Origin: Candidatus Latescibacterota bacterium
GTDB taxonomy: Bacteria; Latescibacterota; UBA2968
DNA length: 64,000 nucleotides
Assembly: GCA_965208125.1 (NCBI GenBank)
Contig: OZ242320.1
Location: forward strand, 4,896,001-4,960,000
Reading direction: 5' to 3'
Shown here one piece after another: positions 10,643 to 20,996 of the stretch. Under the pieces are notes generated by a model, which was not told where the DNA came from, ran no database searches, and was given only the letters and a program-made list of their open reading frames with translations. Within the stretch, counting starts at the first letter, position 1. Every line of letters starts with the position of its first letter. The position numbers and the translations under genes are program-made.

Positions 10643-12058
10643 ATGCGCAGAGCGAAAATTGTGAGTACACTCGGGCCAGCGAGTTCTTCGGAGCGCGTGA
10701 TAGAGCAACTGATTGGGGCGGGGGTAGATGTTTTTCGGCTCAATTTTTCACACGGGACGCGGGATGAACACGCGGAGAATGTTGGGCGGATTCGGCAGAT
10801 TGCGGATAACATGCAGCGCAGTATCGCCATTTTGCAGGATTTGCAGGGTCCAAAAATGCGGGTGGGGAAACTCGCAGAGGATCCGATTGAATTGGAGGAA
10901 GGCAGCAGGCTGACGGTGACGACCCGCGAAGTTCCGGGCGATGCCGAGTGTGTATCGACAACTTATGCGAGATTGCCTCGAGATGTGAAGCCTGCGGACC
11001 GCATATTGCTCGATGACGGACATATTGAGTTGCTGGTGCGCGAGGTCTATGGCTCGGATGTCGTGTGTGAGGTTGTGGTGGGTGGGCTATTAAAATCCAA
11101 TAAGGGCATCAACTTGCCCGGGGTACAGGTCAGCGCGCCTTCTCTGACGACCAAAGACCGGGAGGACCTGGATCTGGGCATCGAATTGGGCGTGGATTAT
11201 ATTGCTTTGTCTTTTGTGCGGGAACCCGACGATGTGCGAGAGGTTCAACATATTATTGAACGGGCAGAGAAGGAGATCCCCGTTATTGCAAAGCTGGAAC
11301 GCGCCGAAGCTATCGATCACCTCGAAGATATTCTCGATGTCGCCGATGGCGTGATGGTTGCGCGGGGCGATCTGGGCGTAGAATTATCACCTGAAGATGT
11401 GCCAGTGATCCAGAAACGCGTGATTACGGCAGCCAACCGCGCAGGGGTATTCGTGATTACGGCCACGCAGATGCTGGAGTCGATGACCGATCATCCGCGG
11501 CCCACGCGCGCCGAGGCGTCAGATGTGGCCAATGCGATTTTCGACGGCACCGATGCGGTGATGCTATCTGGGGAGACCGCAATAGGCAAATATCCCGTTC
11601 AAACCGTGCAAATGATGGCGCGGATTATTGAGACAGCCGAAGCGAGTGTGGAACTGGCTCCACCAATTTTGAATCTGGATTCATCGCTCTCTTTTCCCGA
11701 TGCGATTGGGCAAGCTGCCGCCGCGGTATCGACAGCGGTATCTCCCAAAGCCATTGTCGCATTTACCCAATCGGGATCCACAGCGCGTCTGATTTCAAAG
11801 CGCAGACCGCGCACGCCGATTATTGCGTTTACGCCCAGCGCGAGGATATGTCGGCGGTTGTGCTTGTGCTGGGGGGTTGAACCTCGTCAAATTACGCTGA
11901 TTGACGATACGGATCGCATGGTAGCGGAAGTTGAAGCGCGTTTGCTCTCTGAGGGCAATGTGCGTTTTGGTGATACACTGGTGATTCTGGCTGGTGCGCC
12001 CATCACGGCGCGGGCTGAGACCAATTTGCTGAAATTGCATCGGGTTGGAGAAATATAG
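10643..12058 (+). CDS. pyk: pyruvate kinase
   Basis: RLNFSHG, DLQGPK, MVARGDLGVE, ATQMLESM and DAVMLSGETA motifs. Confidence 0.98.
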   Translation: MRRAKIVSTLGPASSSERVIEQLIGAGVDVFRLNFSHGTRDEHAENVGRIRQIADNMQRSIAILQDLQGPKMRVGKLAEDPIELEEGSRLTVTTREVPGDAECVSTTYARLPRDVKPADRILLDDGHIELLVREVYGSDVVCEVVVGGLLKSNKGINLPGVQVSAPSLTTKDREDLDLGIELGVDYIALSFVREPDDVREVQHIIERAEKEIPVIAKLERAEAIDHLEDILDVADGVMVARGDLGVELSPEDVPVIQKRVITAANRAGVFVITATQMLESMTDHPRPTRAEASDVANAIFDGTDAVMLSGETAIGKYPVQTVQMMARIIETAEASVELAPPILNLDSSLSFPDAIGQAAAAVSTAVSPKAIVAFTQSGSTARLISKRRPRTPIIAFTPSARICRRLCLCWGVEPRQITLIDDTDRMVAEVEARLLSEGNVRFGDTLVILAGAPITARAETNLLKLHRVGEI

Positions 12059-12063
12059 CTCTC

Positions 12064-13836
12064 ATGGATGAAAAACTGATAGAAAATAAGGTCCTCAAAT
12101 CGAGGGCCTGTTTTATACTGATCGCTCTGATGGTCGTTGTGCCAGCTCATGGGGAAACGCCATCTGATGCCCCCATTGTGAGATGGCTGCACATTTCGGG
12201 TCACCGGGTGGTTTGGGGGGGGGAACTGAAAGCGCTGATGGTCACCCGCGCTTCGCCATGGTATGATTTTCTTCCCTGGATCCACGCGCGTAGATACGAT
12301 CCTTTGACGCTTGCCTCTGATCTGAAAAAATTGCGAGCGTATTACCGCGATCTGGGATATTTGACAGTATCGGTGCATTCGACTATTGAGCAACTTAGCG
12401 CAGATGAGATAGGGCTGGGAGTACACATCACAGAAGGACCTTTGACGCGGATTTCCAGAACGTCAGTAATCGGCGGTGAAGATATCGAAAACGCTTTTGG
12501 ACAGCTTGAGGGCAAACCGCTATCGAGCGACCTCGTGAACAAGGGCGTGTCGGAGGTGGTGAGTGAGTTGCGGAACAAGGGCTATGCATTTGCGCGTGCT
12601 GAGGTCGAGACGACGACTGTAGGGCAACAGGCCGAACTCGTCCTAAAACTTGCACCTGGCCCTGTGTGCAGTGTGGGCGTTGTGCAAATATCGGGACACA
12701 AAGCCGTGGCGGAAAATACCATCTTGCGCGGTCTCACATTTAAGTCGGGCGATCAATTTAGCGAAGAGGCATTGCAAAACAGCCAGTACTTGCTCTACCG
12801 TGCGGGAGTGTTTCGGTCTGTGGCTTTGGGATTGGCAGATAGCATAGCGCACGGCAATCGGGTGGATGTAGCTTTGCGCGTGTCCGAACGCCCCTTTCGC
12901 ACGTTGCGCGTGGGCACGGGGTACGACACGGATGAAGACTTGTGGGCCTCGGGCGCGTGGACACATCGCAATTTGGGGGGGGATTTCCGTCAGTTCAAGC
13001 TGTCTGGGCGCATTTCCGGAAAGAACAGGGAAGCGGTTATTGGCCTGCGGCAGGCGCATTTTAGGGGCAGTCGCAATTGGTTGAATATCGGTGGGTTTGT
13101 ACAGCGCGAACGGCAGGCTGCATTTGTGCAAGAAGAGGTGGGGGGCAATATATCTATCGAGAGAAATCTTACGAGGGCGACAGATGTGATCGCGCAGTTC
13201 AGCGGTGGCGTCGTTGATTTTTCGGCCGATAGTGCGTTTGCCGAGATAAAGGTCGGGTTGCTCAGGGACACGCGCGACGATATTTTTGACCCGCAATCGG
13301 GCATGCTCGTACAGTTCGCCTTGCGCGAACGCGGGCGGTTTCTAAGGGCGGATGGCGAATTTTTGCAGACGACGGCAGAGGGACGCTGGTTTCGTCGCAT
13401 ACCCTTGAGAAGTGTGTTGGCACTGCGCGTACAGGGCGGCGTGATTTTTGAACTGGGCAAGGCGGGCGGCGTACCCAATGTCGAACGGTTTTTTGCCGGG
13501 GGACTCAATAGCGTGCGGGGGTGGGGGGTGGATAAATTGGGGCCAAAAGATCATCAAGGTGAGCCAACAGGCGGTTTGAGTCGCGTAGAAATGAGCATGG
13601 AGATTAGAACACAGGTATTTTTTTCACTGGGTACAGCCATTTTTATAGATGTGGGCAATGTCGATGCGACGTTGGGGGCGTTTAATCCCGAATCGCTTAA
13701 GTACGCTGTGGGCGCAGGGCTTCGGTATTTGAGTCCGGTTGGTCCTGTGAGATTTGATGTGGGATACCGCCTGTCGGATGATAGTACTGTGAAAAAACGT
13801 ATTCAGTATCACATCAGTTTGGGACAGGCGTTTTAA
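12064..13836 (+). CDS. Omp85/TamA-family outer membrane protein (POTRA domains plus beta-barrel)
   Basis: Signal peptide, POTRA repeats (YYRDLGY, LRNKGYAFA), FFAGGLNSVRGW, C-terminal SLGQAF; precedes a TamB-like gene. Confidence 0.9.
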   Translation: MDEKLIENKVLKSRACFILIALMVVVPAHGETPSDAPIVRWLHISGHRVVWGGELKALMVTRASPWYDFLPWIHARRYDPLTLASDLKKLRAYYRDLGYLTVSVHSTIEQLSADEIGLGVHITEGPLTRISRTSVIGGEDIENAFGQLEGKPLSSDLVNKGVSEVVSELRNKGYAFARAEVETTTVGQQAELVLKLAPGPVCSVGVVQISGHKAVAENTILRGLTFKSGDQFSEEALQNSQYLLYRAGVFRSVALGLADSIAHGNRVDVALRVSERPFRTLRVGTGYDTDEDLWASGAWTHRNLGGDFRQFKLSGRISGKNREAVIGLRQAHFRGSRNWLNIGGFVQRERQAAFVQEEVGGNISIERNLTRATDVIAQFSGGVVDFSADSAFAEIKVGLLRDTRDDIFDPQSGMLVQFALRERGRFLRADGEFLQTTAEGRWFRRIPLRSVLALRVQGGVIFELGKAGGVPNVERFFAGGLNSVRGWGVDKLGPKDHQGEPTGGLSRVEMSMEIRTQVFFSLGTAIFIDVGNVDATLGAFNPESLKYAVGAGLRYLSPVGPVRFDVGYRLSDDSTVKKRIQYHISLGQAF

Positions 13837-13855
13837 ATCGTAGAGACTATTTGAG

Positions 13856-16800
13856 ATGAGTAGGCGAGCAAAATCAATAATCTGGATTCTGGTCAGCGCG
13901 GGCATTGTGCTGGCGGTAGGCACAATACTGGTCGCGGGTGGCTATGCCAACGGTATTTTGCGCGATTTGGCGCAACGTGCCCTGTCCAGGCAAGGGGGTG
14001 AGGTCTGTCTAATTGGTGAGATCCAGGGCAATCCACTGGGAGATTGTCGCATCGTGGATGTGCAGGTCGGAGATTGGGTGCGGGTGGATACACTCAATGT
14101 GGCGTACAGTTTTGGGAGCCTGCTAATTGGGAAAGTTGTAGTTCATCGGCTGAGGTTGTCGGGGATTGAGATGAGGATAGATGCCTCAGGCGAAGAGACC
14201 GAGACGCCGAGGTGGGGTGTTCCGCCCCCCCTGGATTTAGCTATCGAGTCGCTGGAGATTGCGAATGCCAATGTCATAGTTGATGGTACACAGGTGCGCG
14301 ATATCTCGCTAAAGGGCGCTATTTTCGCGGGAGAATCTGAGTATCGTTTGATTCTGGAACGCTTTCGTTCGGTACAATTCGATCCGCCACTGGAGGTGTC
14401 CAATCTGTCGGGTATCGCCATTTTGCAGGCCGATCACTTGCAACTAAAGGATGTGGCGTTGCACACCCACGGCTCTCGAATTTTGTTGAGCGGATCAATG
14501 CGACAATTGGATAATCCCGAGGTGGATTTCGTTGTGAAAGCCGATTCTCTACGGCTGGTAGATCTCAAGCCTCTGATTGATCTGCCCACACGCGCTATGC
14601 AGATGCGTGGAAACTTGAAAGGTAGCCTTCAATCCCTTGTCACAGAATTAGTTGTGGAAGATGAAGAGGTTTCAGTTGGGTTTAATGGCGTCATGGGAAT
14701 TGCACCGTCCGCAGTGCGTGGAGACGCGGTTTTTAAGATCGAGACCAATGACCTCATCTCGTTGGGATACACAGGACTTGATGCTGATTTGCCCCGTATC
14801 AGCACGAGTCTGGATGGGATGATCACTTTCGCTGTGGATTCCTCTGGCGTGGAGAGCGCCGTTGCCGAGGGTGTTTTTCGGCGCGTGCAGTTTGGAGATG
14901 CGCGATTCGATTCCGTGCGTTTTGCCGTCAATTTGGCAAATGATCTGTTGCAAACGCAGATCACTGCTAACGGACCAAGTGGCAATATAGCGGGTAGCGG
15001 GGAAGCTCGGTTGACTACCTGGGATGGCGAATGGGAAATGCGATTCCGCGATCTGCACGCTGGGCATTTTCCCGGCATGCCTAAAGAGGTCGGGCCGACG
15101 ACGGGGCGTATTGATGGTGCAAGATATGTAGATCAACGGCTTTTTATCGATCATTTTGAGACGACTTTTCAGAATTGGGGGTCGCGCGTCAACGGAAATG
15201 GACGGTTGCATTTTGAAAACGAAAAGCTGGCTATTGCGGGGAATATCCAGGCGGATGTCGTATTGTCCAGTTTGACGGGCACAGATAGGTGGGGGACATC
15301 TCTGACGCTTGCGGGCAATGTGGAGGGCATGGTGGAGGGAGACTTGACAGCTGAATTGGCGGGGAATATCGCGGACAATGCCGCGGCTGATAGTTTGCAC
15401 ATTTCTGCGTTGGTCAATTCTGAGGGGCGATCTGATATTCGCGCTGAACTATCGGGCGCGGGCGGGGTGTTTTCCACTCAGGGGCATATTGATCGGCATT
15501 CTGAGGGCCAATGGCTGATGGATGTACAGGATTTAGAGGCGATAGGCGAGGTGATAGGTATAGATTTATCGGGGGCAATGGCTCTATCGGGCACATGGTC
15601 GGGAACGTTGGATGCACCCGGTTTTTCTGCACAAGGCGGCGCGGATAGCCTTGTGATTGAGGGTATTCCGCTTCAAAATGTTGCGATTGAGACGCAATGG
15701 ACGCGTCCAGATTCGGGTGCTGTCACCTTGAAGGTGGATCGCTTGACCTGGGGTGAACGGTCGTTGCAGGCGGTTTTTTTCAATGCCGCGTATAATCGTG
15801 GCGAAACATTATTTTTGTTAGGTAGTGGCGAGCAGGTAGATGACCAGATCCTTTTTCAGGGACGCGCGAAACAGGAAGCAGAGCATTTGCAGGTGGCAAT
15901 GGATTCGCTGTACGTTAAGGTTGATCAGATGGTATTGCATAACGAGGGACCTGTGCGATTCGCGTATTCTCCATCTCACGGTGTTCACATCGGGCATTTG
16001 GTGCTTTCTGGACCAGCGGGAGGGCGTCTGATCGCGCAAGACCAACAGGGCTTTCAGGCAACTGTAGAAGTGTTGTTGAAAGATCTGGACTTGCGTCCCT
16101 GGGCATTTATGGCGGGTGCTACAGGTATGGGGGGTATTCTCAATGGGGAAGTGCTTTTTGCTGGTACATTGACCGATCCCCTTATTTTTATTCAATTCGC
16201 TCTTGCAAAGGGCAAAATATCGGGTGTGGGATTCGATAGTGCCACAGGAGAGATGTCTCTGGGCAATGACAGGATACACTTTGAGGTGAAAGTCGTACCC
16301 GATGGAGATGAGGTGCTGGCACTGTTTGGTAGTTTTCCCCTTGCAGGTACAGGTGATATGCATTTGCGCGCTCGGTCTGAGGGGATCGCGTTGAGGACAG
16401 GCCAGAACACAGCGGATGAAAAAACGGAATTAGTGGGGATAAAACGGTCCGAGGAATTAACATTGGGTACAGCTCCAAACGCGTTTTTTGATGCGGCTGA
16501 GGGAATTTCTGGCGTGCTATCGTTTGATTTGGAAGCGCGTGGTCATTTTGTGCAACCAGATATTCGGGGAGTGCTCGAAATTCGAGATGGGACGTTCCAC
16601 ATGCCCGATCTGAATCGGTCTTACACACCCGTTTCGGGACGTGCTGTGTTTGGCGAAGGGAAAATTCAGATTGACAGTCTTGCGATTGGGAATTCGGCGA
16701 ATCTTTCTGGCGATATAACGCTCGAGGGTTTTTTGCCGAGCAGATGGGATTTGTCTGCACAATTTCGCGATTTTGAACCGGTTGCGCGCTCCGAATTACA

Positions 16801-17740
16801 AATCGTAACAGATGGGCAATTGCAGATTGAGGGAACGCCGCAGGGCAACAATGTCAAGGGCAAGTTGGCGATGAAACAGGCTGAGATTCGCTTGGCAGAA
16901 TTGCTCGGAGTACCAAGCCTGACGACGAAACAGGCAGATATTCGCTTGACGGAATTGTTCGAAGGACCGGGTACGGAAATGCCACCATTTCTGAGTGCTC
17001 CGGAAATACGCCTGCAAGTGTCTGCTGACAGACAGGTGTGGTTGCGCGATCCGGCCTTTGAGGTTGAAATTGGGGGTGATCTGGATATAATAAAAAATCG
17101 CGAAGATTCGCGTATTTATGGCACGATGTCGAGCCGCCGGGGCAATTACATCTGGCAAAACCACCGCTTGCGTATTACACAGGGCGAGGTTCAATTTCAG
17201 GGCAGGCCCGACTGGAATCCCGACCTGGACATTCGCGCCGAGACGCGTGTGCGTGCTGTGGATAGGGGGCCTGTCGATATTATTGTCACAGTGGGGGGAA
17301 CTTTGACGTATCCACAGATTTCGTTTGACAGCAGCGATCCGTCATTTGGAGGGGATGTGGGGGATATTGCATCTCTATTGTTGACTGGTAGATCGGCTGA
17401 CCAATTTAAGTTTTCCCGCGAGCACACCCTGGACCTATTTGCGGGGGTTGTTGCAAATCGCCTGGGGCGACACATCGGGGAAAAATTACATCTGGATGTA
17501 GTGGAAATCGACTTTGGCGAAGGCAGTATCTCCAAGATTCGATTGGGCAAGTATATTGGAGACAGGTTGTTTATGAGTTATGCAAAGGATATTTCGAGCA
17601 CGGCTTATGAAGCGGCGATGGAGTTTGAAGTATTGTCAGGGCTGACATTGGAAGCGAGTCAGATAGAAGAGGTGCATGAAGATACAAAGTATCGACGCAG
17701 GCGAGGATCGGTAGGGTTGTTCTGGAAAAAAGAGTGGTAA
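13856..17740 (+). CDS. TamB/AsmA-like translocation and assembly module protein (DUF490)
   Basis: N-terminal anchor, long Gly-rich beta repeats, C-terminal NPDLDIRAE and GKYIGDRLFMSY. Confidence 0.85.
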   Translation: MSRRAKSIIWILVSAGIVLAVGTILVAGGYANGILRDLAQRALSRQGGEVCLIGEIQGNPLGDCRIVDVQVGDWVRVDTLNVAYSFGSLLIGKVVVHRLRLSGIEMRIDASGEETETPRWGVPPPLDLAIESLEIANANVIVDGTQVRDISLKGAIFAGESEYRLILERFRSVQFDPPLEVSNLSGIAILQADHLQLKDVALHTHGSRILLSGSMRQLDNPEVDFVVKADSLRLVDLKPLIDLPTRAMQMRGNLKGSLQSLVTELVVEDEEVSVGFNGVMGIAPSAVRGDAVFKIETNDLISLGYTGLDADLPRISTSLDGMITFAVDSSGVESAVAEGVFRRVQFGDARFDSVRFAVNLANDLLQTQITANGPSGNIAGSGEARLTTWDGEWEMRFRDLHAGHFPGMPKEVGPTTGRIDGARYVDQRLFIDHFETTFQNWGSRVNGNGRLHFENEKLAIAGNIQADVVLSSLTGTDRWGTSLTLAGNVEGMVEGDLTAELAGNIADNAAADSLHISALVNSEGRSDIRAELSGAGGVFSTQGHIDRHSEGQWLMDVQDLEAIGEVIGIDLSGAMALSGTWSGTLDAPGFSAQGGADSLVIEGIPLQNVAIETQWTRPDSGAVTLKVDRLTWGERSLQAVFFNAAYNRGETLFLLGSGEQVDDQILFQGRAKQEAEHLQVAMDSLYVKVDQMVLHNEGPVRFAYSPSHGVHIGHLVLSGPAGGRLIAQDQQGFQATVEVLLKDLDLRPWAFMAGATGMGGILNGEVLFAGTLTDPLIFIQFALAKGKISGVGFDSATGEMSLGNDRIHFEVKVVPDGDEVLALFGSFPLAGTGDMHLRARSEGIALRTGQNTADEKTELVGIKRSEELTLGTAPNAFFDAAEGISGVLSFDLEARGHFVQPDIRGVLEIRDGTFHMPDLNRSYTPVSGRAVFGEGKIQIDSLAIGNSANLSGDITLEGFLPSRWDLSAQFRDFEPVARSELQIVTDGQLQIEGTPQGNNVKGKLAMKQAEIRLAELLGVPSLTTKQADIRLTELFEGPGTEMPPFLSAPEIRLQVSADRQVWLRDPAFEVEIGGDLDIIKNREDSRIYGTMSSRRGNYIWQNHRLRITQGEVQFQGRPDWNPDLDIRAETRVRAVDRGPVDIIVTVGGTLTYPQISFDSSDPSFGGDVGDIASLLLTGRSADQFKFSREHTLDLFAGVVANRLGRHIGEKLHLDVVEIDFGEGSISKIRLGKYIGDRLFMSYAKDISSTAYEAAMEFEVLSGLTLEASQIEEVHEDTKYRRRRGSVGLFWKKEW

Positions 17741-17813
17741 AGAGAAAGCGTGGAAGCGAAGCAAGTATTGTATAGAAACTGCTATCCGAAAAATATCGGA
17801 GGGTAGTTTTTCT

Positions 17814-19514
17814 TTATGGAGTAATCTTTAGAAGTTCAGCCACTTCTTCTGATGTGCGGTATTTACCGTCAAAAAGTTGGAGAAGATAGAGTTGATAGGT
17901 CATGTAGCGCCCCAGAATAACAGTGTGGTCTTCACCTGCGAGGTGGCGTTGCCAAAGTTTGGAGGTGTTAGATGTGTTGTAGAGAAGATGATCGCACAAA
18001 TTTTTGCCCGGCGATTGGCGCAACCAATTGGCGTAATCGGCAAAGGTCTGGGACGTGGGGTTGCGCAATCCTGTGAGTCTCCGCAGAATTTTGACGGTCC
18101 AGGAAGAATGAGATATGGGAAATCCTGTGGCTTGATAGGGAATATCCTTGAAATATTCGGGAAAGGTATCGAGAAGCATTTGTCGGTAAAGGCGATTGTT
18201 AGCTTTTTGTTGCAGGGGAATAGAATAGAGAAATTCTTGTACCTGATTGTCGAGAAATGGCAAGCGGTATTCGAGGCCGTGTAAAAGTCCCAGACGGGGA
18301 CCGTAAATGGTGAACCCACGCATACGCCAGTCTATGTAAAAAGCGTGTGCCGATCCCACTTTACTAAATGCGGTTTTGAGGTGTTGGGCCGTGTTGCGAT
18401 CTGCCTGGACGTGTAGCTTATTTTTCAGGTAAGCAGAGAGTCCGTTTGGATAAAATAGATGGCCCGCACCTGCCAATCCATCGCCTCCCGCCCCATTAAG
18501 GTAGATATCACAGGCTTCTTTCTGTTGCTTGAGGTGTTCAATACCGTGCATATGGAGGAAATCGAGCGCGCCATCGGCATACCACACGCCGGAGATTCTC
18601 GGCAAGAGCCAATTTTGACTGTGGATAGGGAGAATGGTGTGTGGTGCGTTTTTTACGGATGCGGCCTGGGCTGCAATGCGAACATCTGCGCTGTCGGGAT
18701 GACCGAATGTGAAGATTTGAGGCGTGCCGGGCATGGCGGCGAGGATAGCACGCGAATCGAGGCCACCGCTGAGAGCGAGACCGGTTTGTGGCGAGGTTCT
18801 CTGTTCCACGGCAGTGCGAAAGCGCGCGCTCAATTCATGTGCCAATTCGAGTTGGCTGTGATGCCCAGTGAGAGGGGCAATTTCATCCCATGACCAGTAG
18901 CGCTGCTGTGTAAGACTACCATCCGAGATGCAAAATGTCATTTGCGTTGCAGGAGGCACGGGCGCAACGTCTTTGAGCCATGTGCGATCAGAAGGCAATT
19001 GTCCGGTGGAGAAAAACATGTCGCGAGAAATGGGGTCAATCACAGGCGAAAATTCAGGTAGCGCGAGGAAGGCTTTGGTCTGAGATGCCCAGGCAATGCG
19101 ATTGCCCAGGCGCGTCCAGTAGAGCGGTCGCAAACCATAGCGGTCGGTGATAATGTGTAGTTCATTTTTGTGCGTATCGAAAATTACGCCAGAAAAAAGG
19201 CCATCGATGCGGTTCAATTGTTCGCTCTCGCCTGTGATAGTCTGAATCAAAAATTCGGGGTCAGAGGTAGCAGAGCGAGTCAGCGCGGCGCGATTAAAAA
19301 ATTCACCGTCGAGCCAGACAATATGTCCCGTTTCTGTCTGGCAAACTGGGGGTGTGGTACACCAATCTGGTGCGAATGCAACGCCTGCAAGATGCGGGGC
19401 AAAGACGGTGCGGTGCGCTTTTTGATGTACGACAAGGCTATCTACCATGCGCGTGAGCGAGTGGGTGAGTTCACGAGGTGTAAGAGGCGATTGGGATATG
19501 AATCCTGCGAGCAT
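17814..19514 (-). CDS. asparagine synthetase-like ATP-dependent amide ligase
   Basis: TDRYGLRPLY, LSGGLDSR (PP-loop) and RLPFLD motifs; no N-terminal catalytic Cys; alternative start at 19538. Confidence 0.85.
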   Translation of the reverse strand: MLAGFISQSPLTPRELTHSLTRMVDSLVVHQKAHRTVFAPHLAGVAFAPDWCTTPPVCQTETGHIVWLDGEFFNRAALTRSATSDPEFLIQTITGESEQLNRIDGLFSGVIFDTHKNELHIITDRYGLRPLYWTRLGNRIAWASQTKAFLALPEFSPVIDPISRDMFFSTGQLPSDRTWLKDVAPVPPATQMTFCISDGSLTQQRYWSWDEIAPLTGHHSQLELAHELSARFRTAVEQRTSPQTGLALSGGLDSRAILAAMPGTPQIFTFGHPDSADVRIAAQAASVKNAPHTILPIHSQNWLLPRISGVWYADGALDFLHMHGIEHLKQQKEACDIYLNGAGGDGLAGAGHLFYPNGLSAYLKNKLHVQADRNTAQHLKTAFSKVGSAHAFYIDWRMRGFTIYGPRLGLLHGLEYRLPFLDNQVQEFLYSIPLQQKANNRLYRQMLLDTFPEYFKDIPYQATGFPISHSSWTVKILRRLTGLRNPTSQTFADYANWLRQSPGKNLCDHLLYNTSNTSKLWQRHLAGEDHTVILGRYMTYQLYLLQLFDGKYRTSEEVAELLKITP

Positions 19515-19665
19515 AAAGAATGCCTTTTTGACTACCAACTGAAGTTCTTTCGAGATTAGGTGTAATCAATATAAGAAAAACTTCATTATTTCACTTTTCA
19601 TTTTTCGTTTTTATTGGTACAATACAGCGGTTCTAATATCATCGCATTTAACCACAGAGGTCGGA

Positions 19666-20877
19666 ATGACAGAGAAGAACTACAAGGTTCGCGCGGCGCA
19701 TTGCAATTGGCGAGCATCGGAAGAAGAAATATACCGGACGTTGTGCCGCATTACAGATCCATTGCATCGGTCGTGGGAAAAGCTGGAGAAAGCCAATCGG
19801 ATTGTGATTAAGTTCAATATGATGAAGCTACACAACCGCATTATTTATTATATGGGGCGGCGGCGCGAGTTGGTCGATGATATGGTCGCACGCGCTGTTT
19901 TGCGTTTGTTGCGAGAACGAACCCGTGCGGAAATTATTGCGACGGATACCAATCCCTATACGCGCGAACATCTGATGGGTGAGGATTTTAATTACGCGCA
20001 TATTTTGAAAGAATACGATGTGGGGTTTGTCGATTCAAATGCGCCGCCGTTCAAACAGTATGACGTGCCAGGCGGCGGATGTATGTTTGATCGCTATACG
20101 CTCAGCGCGTGTTTTGAAGGGGCAGAGGTGGTTTCTGTGGCGAAGATGAAGAATCATCTGTTTATGGGGATTACGCTTTGCATGAAAAACCTCTTTGGCT
20201 TGCCTCCAATCACGCTGCCACACGGCCGCGTGAGATCCTATTATCACCACTTTATCCGCCTGTCTTATGTGTTGCCCGATTTGGGATTGATCACCCAACC
20301 TTGTCTGAATATTGTGGATGCACTAACCGGGCAATGGGGTAGAGAATGGGGCGGACAGGGGCGTATTTGCAATGCGTTATTAGCCGGTGACCATGTAACC
20401 GCAACGGATGCTTGTGGTGCCCATTTGATGGGTCACGATCCTGCGTCTGATTGGCCTAATCCACCATTTCGGCGCGACCGCAACCATTTGTTGATCGCAG
20501 ACAGACGCGGTTTTGGTACGGTTGATCTGAACGAGATCGATTTTGAGAGCGAAGTTTCTGCACCTCTGGCTGAGTTTGATTCAGAGCGCACAGATAGCGA
20601 GAAAATTGTGGAAAGCTGGCGTCGCACCACCTGTGAGCAGGCCCTGCTTTACCAGGACCATCGGCGGGATATCGTTGACCGATATCGGAATGAATTTATC
20701 TTTTTGCAAGATGGCGATGTGGTCTGGCACGGTGCAGATCCCGCTAATTTGGGCAGCCGCAGGCAGTTGAGTGGACAAAAAAAGGACCAAGGGATGTGGC
20801 TTAAGCTGGTCGATCCCGAAGAAACCGAAGGCGAACGCTTTGAGACTTATGAGGCGTGTTTGAGAATGACGGGGTGA
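19666..20877 (+). CDS. DUF362 family protein
   Basis: AKMKNH...TLCMKNLFG and LNIVDAL...ATDACGAHLMG motifs. Confidence 0.8.
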   Translation: MTEKNYKVRAAHCNWRASEEEIYRTLCRITDPLHRSWEKLEKANRIVIKFNMMKLHNRIIYYMGRRRELVDDMVARAVLRLLRERTRAEIIATDTNPYTREHLMGEDFNYAHILKEYDVGFVDSNAPPFKQYDVPGGGCMFDRYTLSACFEGAEVVSVAKMKNHLFMGITLCMKNLFGLPPITLPHGRVRSYYHHFIRLSYVLPDLGLITQPCLNIVDALTGQWGREWGGQGRICNALLAGDHVTATDACGAHLMGHDPASDWPNPPFRRDRNHLLIADRRGFGTVDLNEIDFESEVSAPLAEFDSERTDSEKIVESWRRTTCEQALLYQDHRRDIVDRYRNEFIFLQDGDVVWHGADPANLGSRRQLSGQKKDQGMWLKLVDPEETEGERFETYEACLRMTG

Positions 20878-20905
20878 CGAATAGACGAATAGACGAATAG
20901 ACGAA
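20876..20905 (+). repeat. short tandem repeat (GACGAATA) x3.75
   Basis: Read directly; begins in the DUF362 stop codon. Confidence 0.9.
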
Positions 20906-20996
20906 CCCCGCCCGTCACCCCAAGTCAGTGCGAGCTTCGATAAACTGCTGACGCAGTTGTACACCGTTCCGTTGATTCATTTAAGTCAGTAAACTT

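Noticed and set aside
17814-19514. Lasso peptide cluster (AsnB-like cyclase plus ABC exporters)
   Set aside because: No B1/RRE, B2 protease or precursor peptide found nearby
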